This document shows positions 21,211 through 31,133 of a stretch of DNA of 64,000 bases, piece after piece. The DNA lies in the NCBI GenBank assembly GCA_029856145.1, contig JAHQWK010000023.1, forward strand, positions 47,999 through 111,998, written 5' to 3'. The notes beneath the pieces are model-generated. The model was not told the DNA's origin, did no database searches, and was given only the letters and a program-made list of their open reading frames with translations. Position 1 is the stretch's first letter, and each line of letters starts with the position of its first letter. Position numbers and translations under genes: made by a program. This DNA is from Promethearchaeia archaeon (GTDB lineage: Archaea > Asgardarchaeota > Lokiarchaeia > Sigyniarchaeales > SOKP01).

Positions 21211-21278
21211 TTAAGATTAATATTTCTTAAAAACCAAATATATATCAAATCTTATTAAGATTAATATTTCATAAAAAC
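21211..21278. promoter_or_regulatory. Two 24-bp direct repeats between divergent genes
   Basis: TTAAGATTAATATTTC(T/A)TAAAAAC at 21211-21234 and 21255-21278, 23/24 identical, period 44 bp. Confidence 0.5.
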
Positions 21279-21341
21279 TGAATATTTATCAGCTAACAAT
21301 TAATATATACTCGAAGATTTTATGAAAGTACGATTTTTGGT

Positions 21342-21704
21342 GTGGTTGTTGTGATTGATGAGAGGAGAATTGTTTGGAAGAAGTGCAAAAATTGTGGTTT
21401 TTTGCAGCATAAGACACATTTAAGGTGTTTAGAATGTAAGAAGGGAGATTTTGAAACGGTTGAAGTATCTGGATCATGCAAGTTATTATCTTATACAATT
21501 TTAACAGCACCTCCAGCAGAATTTCGAGATAAAATATCTTATGCAATTGGTATTGTAGAATTTGAAAATGGAATTAAAGGGCTTGGACAAATCACAACTC
21601 AAGATAATTTACATATTGGAATGAAATTAAAACCTATATACAAAAAGATTTGTGAAAATTTAGATGGAAAGGAAATTCATGCTTATGTTTTTGAACCAAT
21701 ATAA
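21342..21704 (+). CDS. Zn-ribbon/OB-fold protein (DUF35 family)
   Basis: KCKNCG...RCLEC, then an OB fold SYTILTAPPAEF...YAIGIVEFENG. Confidence 0.88.
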   Translation: MVVVIDERRIVWKKCKNCGFLQHKTHLRCLECKKGDFETVEVSGSCKLLSYTILTAPPAEFRDKISYAIGIVEFENGIKGLGQITTQDNLHIGMKLKPIYKKICENLDGKEIHAYVFEPI

Positions 21705-21729
21705 TATTTAAAAAAGTGGTTAAAATACT

Positions 21730-23406
21730 ATGTTATCAAAAGAAGAAATTGAGAAAATTGAAGTTAAAAAGAAGGAATGGGAAGAAAAATTCTTATCTAA
21801 ATTTGTTGAGAAGGGAGAAACGAAGGAGAAATTTGAAACTCCTTCAGGTATTCCCTTAAAACATGTTTATAGTCCAGATGATATTAAAAGTATAAATTAC
21901 ATAGAAGATCTTGGATTTCCTGGAGCACCTCCATTCACAAGGGGAGTATATCCAAATATGTATCGTGGAAGAATTTGGACTATGCGACAATATGGAGGGT
22001 TTGCTGACGCAGCGAAAACAAACGAGAGATTTAAATATCTAATATCACAAGGACAAAAGGGATTATCTATAGCATTTGATCTTCCTACTCAGATGGGATA
22101 TAACTCTGATGATAAGATTTGTATAGGTGAGGTTGGACGGATTGGGGTAACTGTAAATTCCTTAAAAGATTTTGAAAAAATATTTGAAGGAATCTCCTTA
22201 GATGATGTCTCAACAAGTATGACCATAAATGCACCAACAGCGGTAATTTTAGCCATGTATATTGCTGTTGGAGAAAATCAAGGAGTGAAACTAGAACAGT
22301 TAACTGGTACTGTTCAAAATGATATTTTAAAAGAATATGTTGCAAGAGGTACCTATATATTCCCCCCAAAACCCTCTTTAAGACTTACTGCTGATGTAGT
22401 TGAATATTGTTCAAAATATCTTCCAAGATTTAATTCTATTAGTATTAGTGGCTACCATATGCGTGAAGCAGGATGTAATGCTTTCCAAGAGATTGCATTT
22501 ACATTAGCTGATGGTATCGCATATGTTGAAGAGGTCATTAAGCGAGGAATTGATATAGATGATTTTGCTTCTAGATTATCATTTTTTTTCACTACTCACA
22601 ACAATTTTTTTGAAGAAATTGCCAAATTAAGAGCTGCTAGAAGATTATGGTCGAAACTTATGAAAGAACGTTTCAAAGCAAAAAATCCTGAATCATTAAG
22701 ATTAAGATTTCACACTCAGACTGCAGGAGTTACTTTAACAGCTCAACAACCGCAAGTAAATATAATTAGAGTAGCTGTTCAAGCTTTAGCTGCAATTCTA
22801 GGCGGTACACAGTCATTACATACCTGTGGTGCTGATGAAGCATTAGCAATTCCAACTGAAGAATCAGTTAAATTATCTTTAAGAACCCAACAAGTTCTTG
22901 CTTATGAGACAGGGGTTACTGATGTTGTAGATCCTTTAGGTGGCTCATATTACATTGAATATTTAACAAATAAATTAGCAGAAAAAGCGTTAGAATATAT
23001 TGAAAAAATAGATCATATGGGGGGTATAACAGAAGCTATTGAAAAGGCATTTATTCAGCAAGAAATTCAAAATAACGCTTATAGAGAACAGTTAAAAATA
23101 GAAGAAGGAGAAAATAAAGTAATTGGTGTAAACATATTCTGTACAAATGAAGAGTGTAAAATAGATACATTTAAGTATGATCAGCATGCCGAAAGGAGAA
23201 TCATAAATTCTTTGAATGAATTAAAAGCAGTACGAAATGAAAATTTAGTAAAAGAAAATTTAAATAAGTTGAAAAAAATTGCTCAATCTTCAGAAAATAT
23301 AATGCCAATAATGATAAAGACAGTGAAAACATATGCTACAATTCAAGAAATATGTGATATTTTGAGAGAAGTATTCGGAGAATACGAAAGTCCTCAAATT
23401 TTTTAA
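21730..23406 (+). CDS. Methylmalonyl-CoA mutase, large (substrate-binding) subunit
   Basis: PFTRGVYPNMYRGRIWTMRQYGGF (Tyr typical of MCM), QNDILKEYVARGTY, ISISGYHMREAG, VVDPLGGSYYIE; no B12-binding domain. Confidence 0.93.
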   Translation: MLSKEEIEKIEVKKKEWEEKFLSKFVEKGETKEKFETPSGIPLKHVYSPDDIKSINYIEDLGFPGAPPFTRGVYPNMYRGRIWTMRQYGGFADAAKTNERFKYLISQGQKGLSIAFDLPTQMGYNSDDKICIGEVGRIGVTVNSLKDFEKIFEGISLDDVSTSMTINAPTAVILAMYIAVGENQGVKLEQLTGTVQNDILKEYVARGTYIFPPKPSLRLTADVVEYCSKYLPRFNSISISGYHMREAGCNAFQEIAFTLADGIAYVEEVIKRGIDIDDFASRLSFFFTTHNNFFEEIAKLRAARRLWSKLMKERFKAKNPESLRLRFHTQTAGVTLTAQQPQVNIIRVAVQALAAILGGTQSLHTCGADEALAIPTEESVKLSLRTQQVLAYETGVTDVVDPLGGSYYIEYLTNKLAEKALEYIEKIDHMGGITEAIEKAFIQQEIQNNAYREQLKIEEGENKVIGVNIFCTNEECKIDTFKYDQHAERRIINSLNELKAVRNENLVKENLNKLKKIAQSSENIMPIMIKTVKTYATIQEICDILREVFGEYESPQIF

Positions 23407-23450
23407 ATTTCTCAACTAGTTTAAATATAAATGGGGTATTTTAAAAAAAC

Positions 23451-23951
23451 ATGTCCAATCTTGATGAAGAAACAAAAAAACGCTCAGAAAAGATGATAAA
23501 CCTATTTAATACTTTTAAAAAACAAGAATTAAAAAACCTACCAGTTCCTCCTTTTACAAAATGGGCTAATGGGAAAATAATAAAAGCAGAGTTTGGTTTA
23601 ATGGAATTAGAATTTGAAGTAAGACCTGAAATGGCTAATCCAACGAACTTACTACATGGTGGAATACAATGTGCGTTAATGGATGATGTGATAGGGATTA
23701 CTACCGCCACTTTGGGATATAAAGGGTTTCCAATTAGCATAGACTTCCATGTGGATTACTTAGGAAAAGTGCAAGTTGGTGAAAAAATAAGAGTGATTGG
23801 TGTAATTATTCGGGAGGGAAGAAATATTATCCATGCAAATGCAGAAATTCGTGATATGAAAAATAATCTAATTTCAACTGGTAATTCAAATCTACTGAAG
23901 ACTCAGTTTATACCAGATTATGTAAAAACTGCTGATAAACTAGAAAATTAA
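23451..23951 (+). CDS. PaaI family hot-dog thioesterase
   Basis: NPTNLLHGGIQCALMD motif. Confidence 0.9.
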   Translation: MSNLDEETKKRSEKMINLFNTFKKQELKNLPVPPFTKWANGKIIKAEFGLMELEFEVRPEMANPTNLLHGGIQCALMDDVIGITTATLGYKGFPISIDFHVDYLGKVQVGEKIRVIGVIIREGRNIIHANAEIRDMKNNLISTGNSNLLKTQFIPDYVKTADKLEN

Positions 23952-25385
23952 TCAAGAATGTTCCAATCTTTTTTTATAATTTGTAATCTTTGAGAGTAAT
24001 GGAATAACTTCAAGTGGATCTCCAAAAACTGGAACTCTTCTCTCAATTAACTTTTTTGAAATTCTATCTCTTTCTTCTGGGCGATTCAAGCGTTGAATTA
24101 TAGGAATTAATGGTTTATTGTGTTTATGACCTAAACTTAAGCTTTCTATCATATTAGATTCAAAAGACTGATTATCCATTGATTTAAAGACTGTAGTTAA
24201 ATAAAAACTAGGTAAATCTAATATTAAACCATCTATTTTTTTGTCAGTTAAAGCAAGATCAATTGTTTCATATACAGCATTTTCAAAGAAAAACTGTGCT
24301 GCTAAATCTAAAGGATTTTTTGAACTTGTTCCAGGTAACAATAATTTTAAATTTAATTTCTCTTGAATTTTTGGAGTAAAAGGAGGAACTTTCATTCCTT
24401 CTTTTTCAAGTAGATCAACTAAAAGAACACCATAACCTCCACTGATACTAAAAACTGCCAGGTTATTTAATTCGAAAATTCCATAACAATCAATTAAACG
24501 AGCAGCATATAATAATTGTTCTAAAGTATTAACTTGAATAATATTATACTGTTTAAGAAAGGCTTCCCAGAGTCGCTTGTCTCCTGAGATTGAAGCCGTA
24601 TGGGTTTTAGCTGCAATTGATCCAGTTTCAGATTGCCCTCCTTTCAAGACGATAATAGGTTTTTTATTTTGATTGAGAACTTTTTTTAAGTCTTCAATTC
24701 TGCCTTCTTTAATACCCTCTAAATAACATAAAATAATAGTGGTTTCTGGATCATTACTTAAAAAATATATTAAATCAACAAAATCCAAATCAGCACCATT
24801 TCCAAATGAAAATACTTTCGAAAAATTAATCCCGATGGCATTCGCACCATAAATAGCAATATTACATATCCCCCCAGACTGTGCAATAAATCCTATGTTT
24901 CCTGGTGTTGTTGGAAATTGTGGGCGCCAAGCTATCCCTAATTTAGGATAAAATAATCCCATCCCGTTTGGTCCTAATACCCTTACCTTATTTTGTGCTT
25001 GCTTCAATATTTCCTTTTCTAATTGAATGCCTTCTTCCGTACCTGAATCAGAAAATTCAGAAGTAAAAATAGTTACTAATTTTACCTTTTTTTTTACACA
25101 AGCTTTCATTGTACTTAATATTTGAGATGGAGGAACTGCTATGAATGCAAAATCGACTTCTCCAGGGATTTCTTCTAATGATGAATAAATATTTTCCTTG
25201 TTGAAATTGTGTATTTTATCAACAGTTGGGTGTACAGCATAAATAGGACCTTCAAAATAATCTGCATGATTTTTTAAAAAAAAATATTCTCGTTTTTTGG
25301 AGGGGCCAATCACAGCTATAGATTTAATACTATTAATAAAAGAAATATCCTTAATGCTAAACTCTTGAGAATTTATCTTAGGCAT
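23952..25385 (-). CDS. Acyl-CoA synthetase (ADP-forming) alpha subunit / CoA-binding protein
   Basis: SIAVIGPS, RVLGPNGMG, AQSGG, SFGNGADL, AAKTHTASISG (phospho-His), SISGGYGVL, NPLDL. Confidence 0.9.
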   Translation of the reverse strand: MPKINSQEFSIKDISFINSIKSIAVIGPSKKREYFFLKNHADYFEGPIYAVHPTVDKIHNFNKENIYSSLEEIPGEVDFAFIAVPPSQILSTMKACVKKKVKLVTIFTSEFSDSGTEEGIQLEKEILKQAQNKVRVLGPNGMGLFYPKLGIAWRPQFPTTPGNIGFIAQSGGICNIAIYGANAIGINFSKVFSFGNGADLDFVDLIYFLSNDPETTIILCYLEGIKEGRIEDLKKVLNQNKKPIIVLKGGQSETGSIAAKTHTASISGDKRLWEAFLKQYNIIQVNTLEQLLYAARLIDCYGIFELNNLAVFSISGGYGVLLVDLLEKEGMKVPPFTPKIQEKLNLKLLLPGTSSKNPLDLAAQFFFENAVYETIDLALTDKKIDGLILDLPSFYLTTVFKSMDNQSFESNMIESLSLGHKHNKPLIPIIQRLNRPEERDRISKKLIERRVPVFGDPLEVIPLLSKITNYKKRLEHS

Positions 25386-25575
25386 TAATATTTTAAATAT
25401 AATGTGTAATAAATTTTTTAAGATTTGTTAATTGTTCTTAAATCTGTTATTTTAGAGTAATAAAAGAATTTTAATATCCTATACGTGTTTCTTGTTAGGG
25501 AATTGGTAATTAATTATAAATAATTATTAAGTTGTACTTATAAATAATAAGTTTATAAAAGAGTTTTATTTCTCA

Positions 25576-25796
25576 TTTTCAATTTTGTCAAATGAAAAAA
25601 AAAAATTTATATATTAAATGGCATAATAAAGAATCACTGAAAATGTCTAGAATTTCGTAGGGTGTAAATCACTTGCAGAAATTTTTCGACTTTTTGGCTT
25701 TGTTCGTAGTATCTTAAAAGTTATTGGATTTTAGATATTAAACAGCAAAAATGGAAAAGAAATTTCCAACAAATTTAAAAAAAAAAAATGAGATGA
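25576..25796 (+). repeat. About 220-bp direct repeat, copy 1 (promoter and 5' leader of the protease gene)
   Basis: Collinear conserved blocks shared with 28289-28508: TTTTCAATTTTGTCAAATGAAAAAAA, AATTTCGTAGGGT..AAATCACTTGCAGAAATTT, AAAAGAAATTTCCAACAAATTTAAAAAAAAAA(A)TGAGATGA. Confidence 0.9.
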
Positions 25797-25803
25797 AAAA
25801 GTA

Positions 25804-28026
25804 ATGAGAAAAAAATTTGTTACAATTCTAGTAGTCCTCGCCTTTTTAAGTGTTGCTGGTTTTACAGCAATTTTTAATGTAAGAGGAGATATCGCGGCTG
25901 AATATGATGGGTTTGATATCGAAAGAATCGATGGTTGCAAACATGCTGATGAATTATCACTTGAGGGTGTAGAATTTACTAATCCTAATAGTCCATGGGA
26001 ATATCCTGTCATTGACGATTATAAGGGCACTTTAGACTGGATATTTTTTGATAATATATTCAATGGAACTTACGGAAATATCTGGGTAAGTATAGATCCT
26101 GTTTATGACGAATATTTTGATCTTGGTCCCGAAGGTTATAGTCCTGAGGATATCTGGGCTTTTGGTTATCCTTGGACTCCTACTGGTTACCCTGATCCTA
26201 GTTATCCAGGTGGCTATTATTTACCTCCTGGGTATAGAGACACTATAACTGGACAAGATCTATTAGAGGTGTTATACGAATTCGATAATAACATACATGA
26301 TAAAGATGTAGAACATTTTGGTCAATATGCTGATCGAGCAGGACCATATGGTGACTATAAGACCCAAATAATGATATTCAATGTTCGTGATGAATGGTTC
26401 TACGATCCTGTAAACGCTGCAGGGTTCATCGAAGGATATTTCTGGAGTTCTATCGCCAATTGGGGTGCAAACGCATTCCACATGGATTCATATCAATGGT
26501 GGAGGAGACAAGGTGAAACTCCACCTATGGTAGATCCTTTAACTGGATTTGATTATTATTATCTGAGCGTTAAAGCATGGGAATATGAAGGAACATTTGC
26601 TCATGAATTCCAACATCTTATTCATTATGATCAGGACCCTGATGAAGAATCCTGGGTAGATGAAGGTTGTGCAACTTTAGCTGAATGGCTTTGCGGATAT
26701 GGCTTTTCACCAGGGCATATTTCAGAGTATTTACTCTGGCACTGGGACACTCCATTGACAATCTGGGAACAATATTTAGCTGATTATGGTGCATCATTCT
26801 TATGGACCTTCTATATGTATGAACATTATGGTGGAGCTGATTTCTTATGGGATCTCGTTCAAGACCAAGCTAACGGAATAGCTGGATATGAAAATGTATT
26901 AGCTGCTCATGGTATAGATAGGACATTTGATCAAATCTTTCAAGATTGGTGTATCGCAAATTATCTTGATGATACTTCATTCGCTAAAGGAAGATATGGT
27001 TATTATGAATTAGATCTACCTTCTGAAAACTCAGATGGGATGAGTATACAGTTATCAATGGATTTGTGGGCTGATTGGTATGCAGGTACCGGCTTGTTCG
27101 ATTGGTTTGTGGATGAATATCCATATAATGGTGCTTATATAGCGGCTGGTCGTGGTTTGCAATACACTGCAAATTATGTCAAATTCACAGACATGCCACT
27201 CTTATTTGAAGTAGGATTTGACGGTGATGATTTCTGTGGCGCTGCACCAACTAGTGGTACACATAATTGGTATTCTAATGGTGGAGCATGGTCATGGTTT
27301 TCACTTGGTCAGACTTTTGATGTCCCTGCTACAGGAGCAACCTTACACTTCTCTAACTATTACTCAATCGAACCAGATTGGGACTATGGTTATATTGAAG
27401 TTCATGACCTTACTACTGATGAGTGGACAACGCTTCCAGGTCTTACAACAACGACTTATCTAGGGCATGCTCAAGATAATGAACACACTCCCCTTCATAG
27501 AGAACCAACCACCTATAATGAAACAGGAACATGGAACTGTTTTACAGGAGAAAGTTATGGATTATATACGGAAGAAATGGATCTTACACCTTTTGCTGGA
27601 CATACTATAGAACTATACTTCACTTATTGGACTGATGGATTCACAGTTGCTTCAGGATGGTATCTTGACGATATTGAAATCCCTGAAATTGGGTTCTATG
27701 ATGATTGTGAGACTGAAGGTGCCTGGGTATTCAATGGATGGAGCTTAAATGACGAGATCATCTATAATAACTTTGAATTAAGTTTCATCAAAACATCCAC
27801 CTTAACGAAGAGGAATGGTGACGTATGGAACACATGGAACAGGATTTATGGTATGCACCTCGATGATGATACCGAAGAAGGACTTAAGTGGTTGCTTACG
27901 CTTAACAACAAACGTATTTCAACTGAAGTTATAATGGTGGTTGCAAACCAACCAGGTTATGAACATACATTTGGAACCAGCTACTCTTACACTGCAGATT
28001 CATGGAATTGGCGTTGCCGCTGGTAG
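25804..28026 (+). CDS. Secreted zinc metalloprotease (immune inhibitor A/M6- or M30-like) with a C-terminal beta-sandwich domain
   Basis: Signal peptide MRKKFVTILVVLAFLSVAG; AHEFQHLIH with downstream WVDEGCA; C-terminal YSIEPDWDYGYIEV and GWYLDDIEI. Confidence 0.85.
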   Translation: MRKKFVTILVVLAFLSVAGFTAIFNVRGDIAAEYDGFDIERIDGCKHADELSLEGVEFTNPNSPWEYPVIDDYKGTLDWIFFDNIFNGTYGNIWVSIDPVYDEYFDLGPEGYSPEDIWAFGYPWTPTGYPDPSYPGGYYLPPGYRDTITGQDLLEVLYEFDNNIHDKDVEHFGQYADRAGPYGDYKTQIMIFNVRDEWFYDPVNAAGFIEGYFWSSIANWGANAFHMDSYQWWRRQGETPPMVDPLTGFDYYYLSVKAWEYEGTFAHEFQHLIHYDQDPDEESWVDEGCATLAEWLCGYGFSPGHISEYLLWHWDTPLTIWEQYLADYGASFLWTFYMYEHYGGADFLWDLVQDQANGIAGYENVLAAHGIDRTFDQIFQDWCIANYLDDTSFAKGRYGYYELDLPSENSDGMSIQLSMDLWADWYAGTGLFDWFVDEYPYNGAYIAAGRGLQYTANYVKFTDMPLLFEVGFDGDDFCGAAPTSGTHNWYSNGGAWSWFSLGQTFDVPATGATLHFSNYYSIEPDWDYGYIEVHDLTTDEWTTLPGLTTTTYLGHAQDNEHTPLHREPTTYNETGTWNCFTGESYGLYTEEMDLTPFAGHTIELYFTYWTDGFTVASGWYLDDIEIPEIGFYDDCETEGAWVFNGWSLNDEIIYNNFELSFIKTSTLTKRNGDVWNTWNRIYGMHLDDDTEEGLKWLLTLNNKRISTEVIMVVANQPGYEHTFGTSYSYTADSWNWRCRW

Positions 28027-28288
28027 AATAAAAATTAACAATATATTTCCAGTAAAAAAACTAAATAAACTTTTTTTTATTTTTTTGAATTGATTTATTC
28101 AATATCTATTTATTCGATTTTTTAAATAAATAGTTATCAATATTCTGTAACTATACAAAAATTAAGTTATTTGAAGCATGCACAAGAGATGGTTATAAAC
28201 CAAAATTGGTACTTTTGACTTAAAATATATGATAATGTGGAAAGAAAGATGGAGATTTACTTATAATCTAATAAAAAATAATTTTTGT

Positions 28289-28508
28289 TTTTCAATTTTG
28301 TCAAATGAAAAAAAGATTTATAATTAATCGATATAATACAAATCTCAATAAATTTGTCAATAATTTCGTAGGGTAGAAATCACTTGCAGAAATTTAATGA
28401 CATTTTGGTTATGTTCATATTATCTTTAAAAATTGCATAGATTTGGGATATATGAACTGCAATAATGAAAAAGAAATTTCCAACAAATTTAAAAAAAAAA
28501 TGAGATGA
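28289..28508 (+). repeat. About 220-bp direct repeat, copy 2 (no CDS follows)
   Basis: Same blocks as 25576-25796; similarity ends just before the position of the start codon. Confidence 0.9.
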
Positions 28509-28802
28509 TATAAAAATCGAATAGATCTCTATATTCTTTGTTATAATAGTCTTCACACATTTAAATGTTAGCTTGTATATTTTCATTTTTTAATTAAAAT
28601 TCTGAATGTCAAAATATGGAGATAAGTTTTTGGGATTTAAAGTTATTAAAGACAAAAGATAAAGATCTACTTCTTTGGATTACTTTAACAATCTATAGAA
28701 TATGGAAAAAAAATTTTAATTGCTTGTATTTTTAAAGAATGGTTAATTAAATGAAGTTAAATTGGCAGAAATGGTTTGAATATCTAAAGAAGGCAAATCA
28801 AT

Positions 28803-29744
28803 TTGGGTAGTAAAGATTTTAAGATTTCAAAACTGCTATCTGAATTAAGAAAAAATAGCTTATCTGGGGCAAGTGAATTAATCTTTAAGGCTTTAGATAT
28901 AATAAGGTTTCAATTAAAACTAGTTGAAGACCCAAATAAAAATATCGAAGGGAAAATGGTCGATTTAATAGTAAAAATTATTAATTCACGTCCAAGTATG
29001 GCATCTCTTATTAACACAATGGGATATATTATCCAATGTTCAGAAACTCTGAATAAAAGATCAATAGAAGAAAGAATAAATCAGTTTGAAAAAGAGAGAA
29101 TTAGGAGGAATATAGCTTTAGAAAAAAACTTCAAGGAATTTTTAAGTATAAAGGCAAAGCTTCATCGTAAAATATTGCTTATTTCATATAGTTCTACAAT
29201 TGTAAATCTTCTATTGAAATACAATAATTATGATATGGAAATATACGTTCTCGAATCCAGACCATTATTGGAAGGACAAAAAACTGCCGAAATTTTATCT
29301 CAATATTTTAAAACACACCTTATAATTGATGCTGCGATTGGAAAGTTTATTGATCAAATTGATTTAGTGCTAATTGGTGTTGATAGTATCTTAAAAGATG
29401 GATCAATTATCAATAAAATTGGTACATATCCTTTAGCACTGTTAGCAAAGATAAGCAAAAAAAGTGTTTATGCAGTATGTGATTCTTTTAAATATAACTT
29501 AAGAAGCCATTTTGGTGAAAAAATCTTAATTGAACAAAAACCTTCAAATGAGATTTATAATAAAGAGAGAAAATATGAAAACTTAGAAGTACATAATTAT
29601 TATTTTGATACAACACCTTCTAAATACATAACAGGAATTATTTCTGACTATGGAATCTTAAGAATTCACGATTTTCTGGAAAAAGTGCGACAAGATTTAC
29701 CAATCGAGTGGTTTAAATATTTTATACATAACAAAAAGATATGA
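28803..29744 (+). CDS. eIF-2B alpha/beta/delta family protein
   Basis: SGAS, RPSMASL, SYSSTI, ESRPLLEG, GVDSI...INKIGTY, YFDTTP...GIISDYG. Confidence 0.88.
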   Translation: MGSKDFKISKLLSELRKNSLSGASELIFKALDIIRFQLKLVEDPNKNIEGKMVDLIVKIINSRPSMASLINTMGYIIQCSETLNKRSIEERINQFEKERIRRNIALEKNFKEFLSIKAKLHRKILLISYSSTIVNLLLKYNNYDMEIYVLESRPLLEGQKTAEILSQYFKTHLIIDAAIGKFIDQIDLVLIGVDSILKDGSIINKIGTYPLALLAKISKKSVYAVCDSFKYNLRSHFGEKILIEQKPSNEIYNKERKYENLEVHNYYFDTTPSKYITGIISDYGILRIHDFLEKVRQDLPIEWFKYFIHNKKI

Positions 29745-30991
29745 TTTTAAAATCAAAAATGAATGTTCAAGAATTAAATACAAAAATAAGAGATGAAGGA
29801 TTTTCTGATAAGAAACCTAATGAAGATATTGCTTATCAAATAACAGAAAAACTTGCTTTCCCCCGGTTAGTTGGTTCAAAAGGGGAGAAGAAAGCTATCC
29901 AAATCATTCTTGATGAATTTAAAAAAGTGGAATATAATACTATCCATCGAGAAAGTTTTAAGACGTCATTCTATAATTGGATTTTCTTAAGATATGCGTT
30001 TATACCAATTGGAATTGGTTTAATTCTATTAGCTGTTTCATTTTTCATAAATTCGTGGCTTACTCTCGGTTTTATTGCTTTAAATATCTTTATGGCTTCA
30101 AAAATTCTTGGATTAGCAACTACGGATAAAATTCATTTATTAAAAGATAGAGAAAAGAATTATGATACAGAAAATATATATGTTGATTTAAAAAGTAAGA
30201 ATGCAAAAGCAACGATTATTTTTATGGGTCATTGGGATTCAAAGTCACAAACCTTTCCCTCATCCATAAGAATTATCATAAGTTTAATTACACTATTAAG
30301 TTTTTTCATAATGCTCCTTATATATCTTATTTTTGCCATAATTGAATTAATATTCTCCTTTAATAATTCTATAGCGGATTTTGTTTTACTTTATTCTAGC
30401 ATTACTTTTGCTATTATCGCTAATCTGAATTATTTCAATAAAACGGGGAATAATTCTCCTGGAGCATACGATAACGCAGCAGCAGTAGGAGTTATTATTG
30501 AGCTTGCTAGATATTTTAAAGAAAATCCACTTGAAAATATAGATCTTATTTGCCTTTGTACAAGTAGTGAAGAACTGAATCTAGGGGGAGCTAAGGATTT
30601 TATTAAAAACCATAAGCATGATTTTGATAAAAAATCGACTTACTTCATTAATTTTGATCTTATAGGTGGTAAAGAATTAATAAAAGTAGTAACTTCATAT
30701 GGAATTCCTCGAAAAGAATCATCGAAAAAGCTTAATGATTTATTTTTAACTAGTGCTAAAGAATTGAACATTAAAGCGAATAAAACATATTTAATTACTG
30801 GTGCATGGTCTGATTATATGCCTATTGTTCAAGAAGGTTTTGAGGCTTGTTGGATTGGTTCTCAACCTGGATTAAAATATGTGCATACGAAGAAAGACGA
30901 TATGAATTTAGTTTCGAAACAAGGAATAAGAAACATCCTTCTATTATGTGTAGACGTAGTAAATAAAATAAATGATGAATTAAATTTGTAA
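29741..30991 (+). CDS. M28 family peptidase with transmembrane insertions
   Basis: FPRLVGSKGE, GHWDSK, PGAYDNAAAV, SEELNLGG, NFDLIG, WSDY, HTKKD; two hydrophobic hairpins. Confidence 0.88.
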   Translation: MILKSKMNVQELNTKIRDEGFSDKKPNEDIAYQITEKLAFPRLVGSKGEKKAIQIILDEFKKVEYNTIHRESFKTSFYNWIFLRYAFIPIGIGLILLAVSFFINSWLTLGFIALNIFMASKILGLATTDKIHLLKDREKNYDTENIYVDLKSKNAKATIIFMGHWDSKSQTFPSSIRIIISLITLLSFFIMLLIYLIFAIIELIFSFNNSIADFVLLYSSITFAIIANLNYFNKTGNNSPGAYDNAAAVGVIIELARYFKENPLENIDLICLCTSSEELNLGGAKDFIKNHKHDFDKKSTYFINFDLIGGKELIKVVTSYGIPRKESSKKLNDLFLTSAKELNIKANKTYLITGAWSDYMPIVQEGFEACWIGSQPGLKYVHTKKDDMNLVSKQGIRNILLLCVDVVNKINDELNL

Positions 30992-31133
30992 TTCAATATT
31001 TTATATTAACTCCCCTATTTTTGATAATGAGACTATAAGAAAGTTTTAAGAAAGATTAAGCATAACTTAATTTTTATCCTAAAATTTATTTAATAAAAAT
31101 TGATTTTTTAAAAAATTTAAGAGTTATTTTAAT

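Noticed and set aside
21730-23406. Isobutyryl- or 2-hydroxyisobutyryl-CoA mutase
   Set aside because: The RQY Tyr and the conserved Arg in KEYVARGT match methylmalonyl-CoA mutase specificity.
25576-28508. Transposon, integron or CRISPR-type repeats
   Set aside because: Only two long degenerate direct copies; no transposase or integrase, target-site duplication or spacer array.
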